Shown: positions 9,227-18,064 of the stretch, one piece after another
Numbering within the stretch: position 1 is the first letter of the stretch
How the letters are laid out: the number at the start of each line of letters is the position of its first letter
Assembly: GCA_001770205.1 (NCBI GenBank)
Contig: MEQL01000041.1
Span: forward strand, 62,001-106,665
Length of the DNA: 44,665 bases
DNA from: Bdellovibrionales bacterium RIFOXYD12_FULL_39_22
Lineage (GTDB): Bacteria; Bdellovibrionota; Bacteriovoracia; Bacteriovoracales; Bacteriovoracaceae
Reading direction: 5' to 3'
Position numbers and translations under genes: made by a program
Notes under the pieces: generated by a model
What the model was told of the DNA's origin: nothing
The model's database searches: none
The model's input: only the letters and a program-made list of their open reading frames with translations

Positions 9227-10730
9227 AAATAAAATTATTCCTAACGTTTTATCTTCAGAGTTAGAACGTGCACTATCTAGTTTTGCGGATAAAATTCTTT
9301 TAAGTGACGATTCTCTGAAGTTATCTGGAGCCGATATTTCAACATTAATTGCGCCAATCGTCCGAAGCATTAAGGCCTCTACAAGTAGTGGAGACGTAAT
9401 AGGGTTAGCTCTTCCGCATGGTGTTTTACAGGCGTTAACAACGATAGCGATAATTTTAAGTAATCGGGTGCCCATTGTTTTTAAAGAAAAAGATACATTT
9501 GAAATGATCAGTACAAAGGAAATGAGCTTACTAATTACTTCGTCTCATGATGAGCGATTTGTCTCTGTTTGCGAGAGTGATATCAACTACGGGGTATTAA
9601 AACGGATTTCAGAGACAAGCATTACCCTTGAGTTTAAAATTATAAATAATCATGAAACTCATAGTAAACTCCCGCCAGATGTAGGCATGATACTTTACAC
9701 CTCAGGATCAACAGGCCAAGCTTGTGGAATTATGATTCCGGCCGAGGGAACAGTTTTTTTGGCCCAGAGTTTGCGGGCCGAGTTTTTGCTTAACTCGAAT
9801 ACAACTTCCACAATCATACTTCCGCTTTCGCACACCATGTGTATTAATACACACTTTTTCCCTACCATTTTATCAGGCGGAAACGCATACTTTGCTCCTT
9901 CGCTTTCTAATCTAGGTACTGTCTATCGGAATATACTGGAAAGCAAGGGCGATAATTTAGCATTAATCTGTGATTTGCTCCCATATTTACACCAAGAAAG
10001 AAATTTGCGAGGCCTTCCTGCGGCAGCACATGTTAAAACGCTCTCATTATCTGGTGGAATGATTTCTGATTCTGATATTGAAGTGGCAAGTTCACTTTTC
10101 CCGAATGCAAGGATCTACAAAGGCTATGGCCTTACAGAGGCCACACGCATTGCCTTATCATGTATCAAAGATGGAGAGCGGTTGTTTGATGGCAACAATG
10201 GTTATAGTTTACTTGAAGGTGTTCAAATCCAAATTAGGGACGAGGAGAATAAACTCTGTAAGGCAGGGGTGGAGGGGGCCATTTTTATTAAGGCCAAAAC
10301 TCTCATGAAAGGCCATTACAATGAGGAAACTAATGTAATTGATTCGCAGGGATATTTTAAGTCGGGTGACATTGGAATGTTGTCACAGGAAGGAAGACTT
10401 TTTATCCATGGCCGCGCAGATGGCATAATTAAAATCAACGGCGAAAGAATTTCTGCTGCTCATATTGAAGAGACGGTCATGAGTTGCGAAGAAATTAAAA
10501 AGTATTATCAAGATGCGGTTTGTCTGCCGATTAAAACTGGTAATCGACATAAGGCGTATTTGTTTTTGGAGTCAATTGCCAACTCAATTCCAACCTCAGA
10601 TTGGGTGACAAAAAAGCTAAAGCAAGATTTAAAAAGAAGATTTAAAGTTCCCATCGAAGTGGTAGAAAAAAAATGTTTCCCAAGATCCAACACGGGAAAG
10701 GTTTTGTTAAAAGAGCTTTGCATTCTTTAG
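9216..10730 (+). CDS. Adenylate-forming (AMP-binding) acyl-CoA/acyl-ACP ligase
   Basis: YTSGSTG, GYGLTEA, SGDIG, GRADGIIKINGERI, PRSNTGK. Confidence 0.88.
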   Translation: MKNKNKIIPNVLSSELERALSSFADKILLSDDSLKLSGADISTLIAPIVRSIKASTSSGDVIGLALPHGVLQALTTIAIILSNRVPIVFKEKDTFEMISTKEMSLLITSSHDERFVSVCESDINYGVLKRISETSITLEFKIINNHETHSKLPPDVGMILYTSGSTGQACGIMIPAEGTVFLAQSLRAEFLLNSNTTSTIILPLSHTMCINTHFFPTILSGGNAYFAPSLSNLGTVYRNILESKGDNLALICDLLPYLHQERNLRGLPAAAHVKTLSLSGGMISDSDIEVASSLFPNARIYKGYGLTEATRIALSCIKDGERLFDGNNGYSLLEGVQIQIRDEENKLCKAGVEGAIFIKAKTLMKGHYNEETNVIDSQGYFKSGDIGMLSQEGRLFIHGRADGIIKINGERISAAHIEETVMSCEEIKKYYQDAVCLPIKTGNRHKAYLFLESIANSIPTSDWVTKKLKQDLKRRFKVPIEVVEKKCFPRSNTGKVLLKELCIL

Positions 10731-11467
10731 GCCAGCAAACTTTTCCCACCATCGAGATAAAACGTTTGTCCGGTGAATTGATTGTGCTCAACCGATAAAA
10801 TGTAGCTCACAAACTGCGCTACATCCTCCACAGAGGTTAATCTGCCTGATGGCGTTAGTGACCTGGCACCATTTACCCTTTCCTCTCGGTTTGGAAAACT
10901 ACTAATGGCATCTGTTTCCACCATCCCTGGACAAATTAACGAAACTCCGATATCTCGGGGCGCAAGTTCAACCGCATAGTGACGAAATAGGGAATTGAGT
11001 GCCCCCTTACTGCTTCCAACCGCGGCATATTGCTGCAAGTATCTATCGCTCCCTGCAGAAGTTAACCCAATTACTTTTGAGTTCTTTGTAAGTATGGGTA
11101 ATAGTCCAAGCAGCAGTTCATGAAATGAAAAGACATTTGTCTCAAACGTCCATCTAAGATGTTTGGTTTTTAACTGATCTACTGGACGGTGGACTCCACT
11201 GGCCGCACAGTGAATAAGCCCTTGTATTGCGCCTGCGGAATTTAAAATTTGTTGGAGAATTTGTTCGAGGTTATCTTCTTTTGTTAAATCACCTCGAAGA
11301 CAAATTAACTGGCCTGGAAAATTTTTTGCCAACTCTATCAGCTTGTTTGCTTCATCCGTATTTCGAGCATACAAGGCAAAGACCTTGTGGCCTTTTGCGA
11401 GTAACTCTAGACTAATGCCTCTGCCAATTCCTCTTGTTCCCCCAGTTATTACGTAGGTGTTTGTCAT
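10727..11467 (-). CDS. SDR, FabL-type enoyl-ACP reductase
   Basis: TGGTRGIG, AASGVHRP and Y-x6-K (YAAVGSSK), as in FabL-class enzymes. Confidence 0.75.
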   Translation of the reverse strand: MTNTYVITGGTRGIGRGISLELLAKGHKVFALYARNTDEANKLIELAKNFPGQLICLRGDLTKEDNLEQILQQILNSAGAIQGLIHCAASGVHRPVDQLKTKHLRWTFETNVFSFHELLLGLLPILTKNSKVIGLTSAGSDRYLQQYAAVGSSKGALNSLFRHYAVELAPRDIGVSLICPGMVETDAISSFPNREERVNGARSLTPSGRLTSVEDVAQFVSYILSVEHNQFTGQTFYLDGGKSLLA

Positions 11468-12225
11468 ACCGAATTATCTCCTAAAGAGCGGCCACCATCT
11501 ATTGTGATTACACTACCAGTTATATAGCTTGCATTTTCTGAGCATAAAAATAAGGCCAATTCTCCTACTTCTTCTGGCCGGCCAGCTCGACCAATAGGAA
11601 TTTTTTTTCTTAGTGATTTTTCTTCTCGTAGTTCATCTACCATTTTTTGCGTCATAGGCGTTTCGATAAGGCCTGGGGCCAATGCGTTTATTGTAATTCC
11701 ACGATGAGCAACCTCCATGGCCAAACACTTAGTAAAACCCTCTATTCCTGATTTAACGCAGGCATATCCGACTTGCCCCTTTTTAAAATAGTTTGCGCTC
11801 ACGGAAGAGAAGTTAATAATTCTTCCGAATTTTTCTTTATACATGTTTTTAAGACACAAATAAGAAAGCGCCATGGTTGTCAGGAGATGCTCTTGCACCA
11901 TTTCTTCCTGAACTGAAAAGTCCATATTTAAAAACAGGCCATCTCTTAATCGACCGGCACTATTGATAAGAATGGCCGGAGAGTTGGTAAATTGTTCACC
12001 AACCCGAGAATATAATTCCTGTGCTGTTTTGTGGCCATTTAATTCCCCCTTAAATAGCTCCACACGGCATTCGGGAAAATTGGCCTGAATTTGCGACTTT
12101 GCAAGAATGGCCTTTTCCTCATTGCTACCATATGCTAACGCAAGGTCGTAGTGTTGTGCTAGTTTGGTCGCACATGCATATCCAAGACCGGAAGTTCCAC
12201 CCGTAATTAATGCCAATTTTTTCAA
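11464..12225 (-). CDS. fabG: 3-oxoacyl-ACP reductase (FabG-like)
   Basis: TGGTSGLG, NSAGRLRDG, GQVGYACVK, PGLIETPMT, IPIGRAGRPEE. Confidence 0.85.
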   Translation of the reverse strand: MKKLALITGGTSGLGYACATKLAQHYDLALAYGSNEEKAILAKSQIQANFPECRVELFKGELNGHKTAQELYSRVGEQFTNSPAILINSAGRLRDGLFLNMDFSVQEEMVQEHLLTTMALSYLCLKNMYKEKFGRIINFSSVSANYFKKGQVGYACVKSGIEGFTKCLAMEVAHRGITINALAPGLIETPMTQKMVDELREEKSLRKKIPIGRAGRPEEVGELALFLCSENASYITGSVITIDGGRSLGDNSV

Positions 12226-12235
12226 GGTAATACCC

Positions 12236-13498
12236 TCACGCTTTTTTCAATACAACACAAATATTTTGTCCACCAAACCCAATATTATTGTTCAAAATAT
12301 ATTCTACCTTGCTATCCCTCGCTACAAGCGGAACATAATCTAAATCACAGAGAGGATCCTTCGTTTGTAAGTTTATAGTGGGGGCAAGTTTTTGATGTCG
12401 AAGCATTTGAACGCAGGCAATACTTTCTAAGATGCCTGCCGCAACAGTGGAGTGTCCAATCTGAGATTTTAATGAACTCACGGCCAACTTATAGGCATGC
12501 TCACCAAATAGTTCTTTTATGGCGAAAGTTTCTATTTTATCATTCAATAGCGTTGATGTCCCGTGTGCGTTGATATAATCGATTTGTTCTTTCTCAATAC
12601 CTGCATCACTAATGGCATTTGCCATCGCCTTTTGTAGACATAGTCCATCTTCTCGTGGATCGGTAAGTCGAAATGCGTCGGAAGTGTTTCCATAACCAAC
12701 GATTTCCGCCAGAATTGGATTTTTAGATTTTTTTTGTGAATCCTCCGATTCTAAGAGCAATACTCCGGCCGCTTCTCCTCTTACAAAGCCACATCTGGTT
12801 AAATCAAATGGCCGACTGGCAGTACTTGGTTCAACTTCCGCAGTAGATAACGCCATCAGCATGTGAAAATTCATCATATTTGCTAGTGTGCATCTGGTAT
12901 CTACGCCGGCAACGAGGACTCGATCCCATTGGCCGGCACGGATTCTTTGTAGTCCCATGCCTAATGCTTGATTCCCGGTCGCACAAGCTGCGTTAATAGA
13001 GTAAATTTTCTCTCGTTTAAGTTCAACTCCATAATATGATCTAATGCTATCAATTAAAAATTGATGACAACCATCCCCACTTAAAAGCTTAAAGTCAAAA
13101 TCCACACTGTTTTTCTTTTTATAGGCATCTTCCACTACTTCGTATCCAGTTCCATCTGGAGTGCCATATACAAATGCGTCAATTGATTCGACGCTTTTAA
13201 TCTGGCCAAAAATTTGTTCCAGCGCCAGTAAAGTACAGCGCCACGATCGGGCCAGCTCCCCAGTTTTTTCCAAACTGTCTATGATGTGTTGAGGAGTATA
13301 TTTAAAATGATTAAGGGAATCTTCAATGATACCAGCGTAGGGGATTGGAAAATCCTCTGAAAATTCTCCACTGCCTCTGATGTTTTTCACTCCGGATTTG
13401 CCAGCAAACATATTCTGGGTAAATGATTCAACGTTACATCCCATGGAAGAAATTACGCCACAAGATGTTATATATACCTTCCTTCGTAAAGTTGTCAT
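12236..13498 (-). CDS. Beta-ketoacyl-ACP synthase (FabF-like / type II PKS KS)
   Basis: Cys-His-His triad in NAACATG, NAHGTST, KSQIGH. Also SRPFD and GFGG. Confidence 0.92.
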   Translation of the reverse strand: MTTLRRKVYITSCGVISSMGCNVESFTQNMFAGKSGVKNIRGSGEFSEDFPIPYAGIIEDSLNHFKYTPQHIIDSLEKTGELARSWRCTLLALEQIFGQIKSVESIDAFVYGTPDGTGYEVVEDAYKKKNSVDFDFKLLSGDGCHQFLIDSIRSYYGVELKREKIYSINAACATGNQALGMGLQRIRAGQWDRVLVAGVDTRCTLANMMNFHMLMALSTAEVEPSTASRPFDLTRCGFVRGEAAGVLLLESEDSQKKSKNPILAEIVGYGNTSDAFRLTDPREDGLCLQKAMANAISDAGIEKEQIDYINAHGTSTLLNDKIETFAIKELFGEHAYKLAVSSLKSQIGHSTVAAGILESIACVQMLRHQKLAPTINLQTKDPLCDLDYVPLVARDSKVEYILNNNIGFGGQNICVVLKKA

Positions 13499-13500
13499 AG

Positions 13501-13755
13501 CTATAAACTTTTTAAAAATTTAACTAAATCGCCAACAACCATCGCTTTATCAGTAGGTAATAATGCGCGAAGTTTTGCCAAATCAACTTCTTTGTTAATA
13601 ATTTTTTCCAATTCAGATGCTATGTCCAACATGTCGATACTCTCGGCGCCTAAATCACTCAGGATCTTGCTTTCCATTTGTATTTCATCAGTATCGATAT
13701 CTAAAACGTCTGCAATAGCTTCTTGAATTTTCACAAATAGTTCTTTGTCGTTCAT
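13501..13755 (-). CDS. Acyl carrier protein
   Basis: 84 aa, acidic. DLGAESIDMLDI phosphopantetheine serine motif. Confidence 0.9.
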   Translation of the reverse strand: MNDKELFVKIQEAIADVLDIDTDEIQMESKILSDLGAESIDMLDIASELEKIINKEVDLAKLRALLPTDKAMVVGDLVKFLKSL

Positions 13756-13757
13756 TT

Positions 13758-14495
13758 TTATTCCTCCTTGAAATTAAACCTGGATATTAATTGATTTGTC
13801 ATTCCATAATTATAATCACGTTTTTGGGAAGTCATTGTTTCTGATTTTTCGCTTCCAGTCCCTAATAAAAGTACCACTGCACTTTCTGAGAGCGGGAGGT
13901 CTTGGAGCTGTTTATGTTTTAATAAATTGAGTGGGTCTTCATCACTAAACGCACATATCACCAAAGCAAAGTCAATTTGAGATTGAGCTAAATCAAACTC
14001 CGCTTGCTCTAGCGCATGAATTGCTCCGAGCTGAGGATGAGTGAAGACGTAGGTTGGGCCATTGATCTCGTAGGATATTCCAATTTGGGCCGCGGCCAAA
14101 TTGGGAAGCTGCTTTAAATACATTTTAGGGTTTCTTTCTCGTTTGTAGTTTTGGTGAAATTCCTCACGCTTTCCTTCAAGTACTTTTTCAACTATTTCAT
14201 AGTCGACACTCCCATTTTCTACTGCACAATAAATCCCCACGCGAAAGGAATCGTCCCGTATTAACTTTAAATGTTCTGCCGAGATGTTTGCGCAAGCAAA
14301 ATGCATTAAACAACAGGCCCTAGAACATGATCTTGTTGCCTGACTAAATTCCCCCAGCAATTGTTTGTTACTATAACTAAAACTCCTTACCTTCTCGATA
14401 ATCTTCTCAGGGGAGATGCATCGAATATGCACTGTTTTTTCTCCCAGGTTATTACCGTGTGGATAAACAAAATGCTTCCATAGTACTTTTGACAT
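13758..14495 (-). CDS. Truncated, catalytically inactive ketosynthase N-terminal-domain protein (chain-length-factor-like)
   Basis: YLKQLPNLAAAQIGISYEINGP KS segment. No Cys at the expected site (THPQLGAIHAL) and no C-terminal His domain. Start set at ATG 14495 after GAGGG; TTG 14540 is an alternative. Confidence 0.7.
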   Translation of the reverse strand: MSKVLWKHFVYPHGNNLGEKTVHIRCISPEKIIEKVRSFSYSNKQLLGEFSQATRSCSRACCLMHFACANISAEHLKLIRDDSFRVGIYCAVENGSVDYEIVEKVLEGKREEFHQNYKRERNPKMYLKQLPNLAAAQIGISYEINGPTYVFTHPQLGAIHALEQAEFDLAQSQIDFALVICAFSDEDPLNLLKHKQLQDLPLSESAVVLLLGTGSEKSETMTSQKRDYNYGMTNQLISRFNFKEE

Positions 14496-14704
14496 TATAC
14501 CCTCGATTTTTTTCGTTAATTTTATCACTGATGTTTTCAAAAGGGTATCAAGGAATTATTTTCCAGGAGCTTTTCTAATAGAAAAAAAATAGAATCATGA
14601 AATAATTTTATAATGCTAAAAGAATTCACTTATCAAACGATTGTCAGGAAGGAAGATATTGACGCCTCCAAATAGGTTAAAGTTTTTAATTAAGGAGAAT
14701 TAAA

Positions 14705-15160
14705 ATGCTATGGTATTTACTCGATAGAATTACAGAGTGTGATCCTGGGAAAACAATTACGGCCACAAAGTGTTTTACGCGATCAGAAGAGATCTTCCAA
14801 CATCATTTTGTAAATTACCCCATCGTTCCTGGAGTTTTACAAATTGAGATGATCGCGCAAGCGGGAGGAAAATGCATAAAGGTTTATGATGGCCAACTTG
14901 CGCCGGCCCTTGCAAGCGTAAAGAAAGCAAAATTTTACCAGAGCATTTTCCCTGGTGATAAATGCGAAGTGAAGGCCCAGGTTATCCAATTAACTAGTCA
15001 GTACGCGCTATGTACCGGAACAATTACTGTGGATGGGAAAAAAAAGGCAAGCGCAGAGATTTTATACTCATTTTTAGATCCAAAAGTCTCCTCCAAATTA
15101 GTTCCAGACGAGATTGTAGAAGAGTGGAAAGCAAAACAAAAGGCCCTAGGAAAAGAATAG
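14705..15160 (+). CDS. fabZ: 3-hydroxyacyl-ACP dehydratase (FabZ-like)
   Basis: LLDRI, FQHHFVNYPIVPGVLQIEMIAQ, FPGD. AAGGAG RBS. Confidence 0.88.
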   Translation: MLWYLLDRITECDPGKTITATKCFTRSEEIFQHHFVNYPIVPGVLQIEMIAQAGGKCIKVYDGQLAPALASVKKAKFYQSIFPGDKCEVKAQVIQLTSQYALCTGTITVDGKKKASAEILYSFLDPKVSSKLVPDEIVEEWKAKQKALGKE

Positions 15161-15161
15161 T

Positions 15162-17135
15162 ATGTGTGGGATTTGGGGAGAGTTTGGCCCGCAAGTTAAT
15201 TTTGATCGGTCCAAATTGCAAAGAACAGTTACTTCACTTTTTCACCGGGGCCCCGATGGTTTTGGTTATTATTCAACTGATAATTGCGCTCTTGTCCATA
15301 CGCGACTAAGTATTATTGATTTTGCAACTGGAGGTCAGCCGCTTGTTTCATATGATAAGAATGTAATTGGGATAGTGAACGGGGAGATCTACGACTATCA
15401 AAAAATCAAAAAGGAGTTACAGTCAGAAGGCGTATATTTTAATACCAATTCGGATAGCGAAGTATTGCTCAATCTTTTTGTGAAGAAGGGAATTTCCGCT
15501 TTAAAAAACATTCATGGGGAATATGCCTATATATTTTATGATTTGGCCAAAAAGCGAGTTTACTTTGGGAGAGATCCATTTGGAGTAAAACCGCTTTATA
15601 TCTTGAAAAAAAATAATTCGATAGTTTTGGCCAGCGAGATAAAGGCCATTCTTGCAAACGAAACGTATGAGATTAACACTAATTATCTGATCAATTATAT
15701 CTGCAGCTTCATCCCGCCTATGGAAACTTTATTTCAAAACATTCAGCACGTGTATCCTGATAGATCATACGAATACGACATTACAAAAAATCGTTTTATC
15801 GAAACGGCCCTGGAATCGCTTAAATTTGATCAGACGAGAATCAAACACACCACCAAAGAGGAGGCCACTTACAAATTAGAACTTGCACTAAAAAACAGTG
15901 TGAAAAGAAGGTTGGTGGCGGATGTGGAGGTTGGATCATATTTAAGTGGAGGAATCGATAGTGCTCTAATGCTGGGCCTCATGTGTGAACAGGGGGCCAG
16001 ACCCAAGGCATTTACGGTAAGCTTTGAAGATAAACAATATGATGAATCTCACAAGGCAATGGCGGTGGCCAAGCATTTGGGAGTTAAGCATGAGATAGTT
16101 GTATTAAGTCAGCAAAATTTTTTTGATCATTTAGGGCAATCGATTGTTGCGTTTGAATCTCCGATAATTAATCCACATGGGGCGGCGAAAAATCTTCTAA
16201 GCAGTCTTGCTTCTAAGCATTTAAAGGTTGTATTATCCGGAGAGGGGGCGGATGAACTTTTTGCCGGTTATGCTCACCATCGTTTGAATAAACTAGATCG
16301 ATTTTTGGCCAGACATCCACTTTTTGCGGCCGAAAAGGTGATAAATAGTTTTATAGAGAAGAGGGCCGGGACCGGCAGTAAATATTTATGTGGGAAGGAT
16401 TATCCATTTGAGGCAGAAATAAAAGCGATTTTTGATGGGGAGTATCCAGGCCAATTTAAACGTTTAATCAATGAGAAAAATGCCCGATATCTTTTTGGTA
16501 AAGAGATTAAAAACTTGATTGCAAGTAGCACCCAAAAGATAAAATATCTGGCAGAGATGGATAATATCACTGAATGCAAAAATCAACTTAGCTATCAACT
16601 CTGGTTGGATATTAGGTTAGATCTTCTGCATTATATTCTAGCAAATCTTGGAGATAGACAAGAAATGTCAAATTCCATTGAAGGCAGAACTCCATTTTTG
16701 GATCTGGAGGTGGCAAATTTGGCGATGTCTTACCCGGCCAATTTTCTTATCAGTGGACTAACGGAAAAATATCTCTTAAAAGAGATTTCTAAAAAGTATC
16801 TGCCTTTAAAAAATGCCAATGAATCGAAACATGCTTTTTTTGCGCCAGAAGATTATTTCAAATCAAAAACAGGAGAAGTTTTTTTAAATAGCTATCTGTC
16901 GGACGCAAAGGGATTACTTAAATTTTTAAATTGGAGCAAAATTGACAGATTATTTCAGTACACTGCCGGCGAGGGCGATACCAAAAATAGTGAAACGAAT
17001 ACATTAAAACTTTTATTAGCGTCGACGTCATATTTGTTACAGGAAATAAAGAAAGCAACGAAGTCTAGTCAAAAGTTACAAAACAGTTTTTCCGATGCAA
17101 TTATCAAAGGAGAACCACATGTCGTTATATTATGA
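15162..17135 (+). CDS. asnB: Asparagine synthetase B-like glutamine-dependent amidotransferase
   Basis: MCGI, HTRLSIID, NGEIY, YLSGGIDS, SGEGADELFAGY, EGRTPFLD. Confidence 0.9.
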   Translation: MCGIWGEFGPQVNFDRSKLQRTVTSLFHRGPDGFGYYSTDNCALVHTRLSIIDFATGGQPLVSYDKNVIGIVNGEIYDYQKIKKELQSEGVYFNTNSDSEVLLNLFVKKGISALKNIHGEYAYIFYDLAKKRVYFGRDPFGVKPLYILKKNNSIVLASEIKAILANETYEINTNYLINYICSFIPPMETLFQNIQHVYPDRSYEYDITKNRFIETALESLKFDQTRIKHTTKEEATYKLELALKNSVKRRLVADVEVGSYLSGGIDSALMLGLMCEQGARPKAFTVSFEDKQYDESHKAMAVAKHLGVKHEIVVLSQQNFFDHLGQSIVAFESPIINPHGAAKNLLSSLASKHLKVVLSGEGADELFAGYAHHRLNKLDRFLARHPLFAAEKVINSFIEKRAGTGSKYLCGKDYPFEAEIKAIFDGEYPGQFKRLINEKNARYLFGKEIKNLIASSTQKIKYLAEMDNITECKNQLSYQLWLDIRLDLLHYILANLGDRQEMSNSIEGRTPFLDLEVANLAMSYPANFLISGLTEKYLLKEISKKYLPLKNANESKHAFFAPEDYFKSKTGEVFLNSYLSDAKGLLKFLNWSKIDRLFQYTAGEGDTKNSETNTLKLLLASTSYLLQEIKKATKSSQKLQNSFSDAIIKGEPHVVIL

Positions 17136-17925
17136 AACTGTTGGAGCTAAAACTTTGCCCTTACTGGTTGCAGTGCATGGACTTATGGGAGGAGTGGAGG
17201 AGCTCAAGTTTTTGGAATCTTTGCACAATCACTTTCATGTGATTTTTGTTGATTTTAATTATGAGCTGAAAAAGAAAAGTATTGCTGATCGTGACTTAAA
17301 AACGATTGATTATGATCACGGTTCAGACATGATTGCAAATATGCTTGAAACAAAGTTTGGTGGAAAGGGGGCTTACTTTTTTGGCTCTAGCTATGGAGGT
17401 AAAATCATTTTTGATTTCATGGCAAAGTTTCCGCGGCTTTATCTTGGGGGAGTGTTTGGCGATATTTCGCCTGCTCCAATTGAAGATACCGAGTTTTATA
17501 AGTTAACCTACAACGTTGTTCCTCAACTTAACATGAATCAAGATTGGAAGAGTTTAAAAAAACAGATTAAAGAACTGGTTCCAGATAGAAACGCATATTC
17601 TTTGTTAGCAAGTCAAGTGTATTACCCAACGGTTGATGGGCCGGCGATTTGGCGAACAGGGGTGCACAAACTAAATGAGGTAATGTCTTGTCTAAAAATT
17701 AATAATCAGTGGCATATTTTTGAGAAGATGAATGACATTAAAGATAAAAAAAGTATTATTTTGGTGGCAGAAAATTTAAGTTCCATTTCAGAAGGGTCAC
17801 TGGCCAGATTGAAGTCCACACCTCTTTTTGAACTTATCTCTGTCCCCGATGCTTCGCATTTTATCAACATCACTCATCATCAAGTGATAATCGACAAGTT
17901 ATTGAGTATGATTCAATCTCGCTAA
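17119..17925 (+). CDS. Alpha/beta hydrolase (possible thioesterase)
   Basis: VHGLMGG, GSSYGG nucleophile elbow, C-terminal SHF. ATG 17119 after AGGAG. Confidence 0.8.
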   Translation: MSLYYETVGAKTLPLLVAVHGLMGGVEELKFLESLHNHFHVIFVDFNYELKKKSIADRDLKTIDYDHGSDMIANMLETKFGGKGAYFFGSSYGGKIIFDFMAKFPRLYLGGVFGDISPAPIEDTEFYKLTYNVVPQLNMNQDWKSLKKQIKELVPDRNAYSLLASQVYYPTVDGPAIWRTGVHKLNEVMSCLKINNQWHIFEKMNDIKDKKSIILVAENLSSISEGSLARLKSTPLFELISVPDASHFINITHHQVIIDKLLSMIQSR

Positions 17926-17983
17926 AATTACTTATGCACACAAGTGCGTTGACAATTGCAACCAAATCTTTTCTAATTTTCTC

Positions 17984-18002
17984 AAGCCGAATATCGGTTT
18001 TT
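17984..18002 (+). terminator. Weak hairpin followed by a short T-run at the island right end
   Basis: aagccga-ata-tcggttt then tt. Confidence 0.3.
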
Positions 18003-18009
18003 GGCAGAC

Positions 18010-18045
18010 CTTTCGCGATGTTTTTTATCCTCGCAATGATTGATG
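18010..18045 (+). repeat. 36-bp direct repeat, right copy
   Basis: Identical to 7449-7484. Extends to 39/40 including the upstream AGA. Confidence 0.95.
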
Positions 18046-18064
18046 TCTTGAGACTTGAGCTGTT

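Larger units (their letters stand above)
7485..18009. mobile_element. Direct-repeat-flanked genomic island carrying a biosynthetic gene cluster; no integrase seen
   Basis: Bounded by 36-bp direct repeats; accessory biosynthetic content. Confidence 0.75.

Noticed and set aside
7622..17925. Classification as aryl polyene, ladderane or lasso-peptide cluster
   Set aside because: No glycosyltransferase/acyltransferase/LolA set, no radical SAM genes, no lasso precursor or B protein. The AsnB keeps its glutaminase domain.
7485..18009. Integrase or transposase within the island
   Set aside because: All long ORFs have biosynthetic motifs and none shows recombinase or DDE signatures.
7449..18045. 36-bp repeat as a CRISPR repeat
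   Set aside because: Only two copies, 10.5 kb apart; one is coding sequence; no spacers or cas genes.
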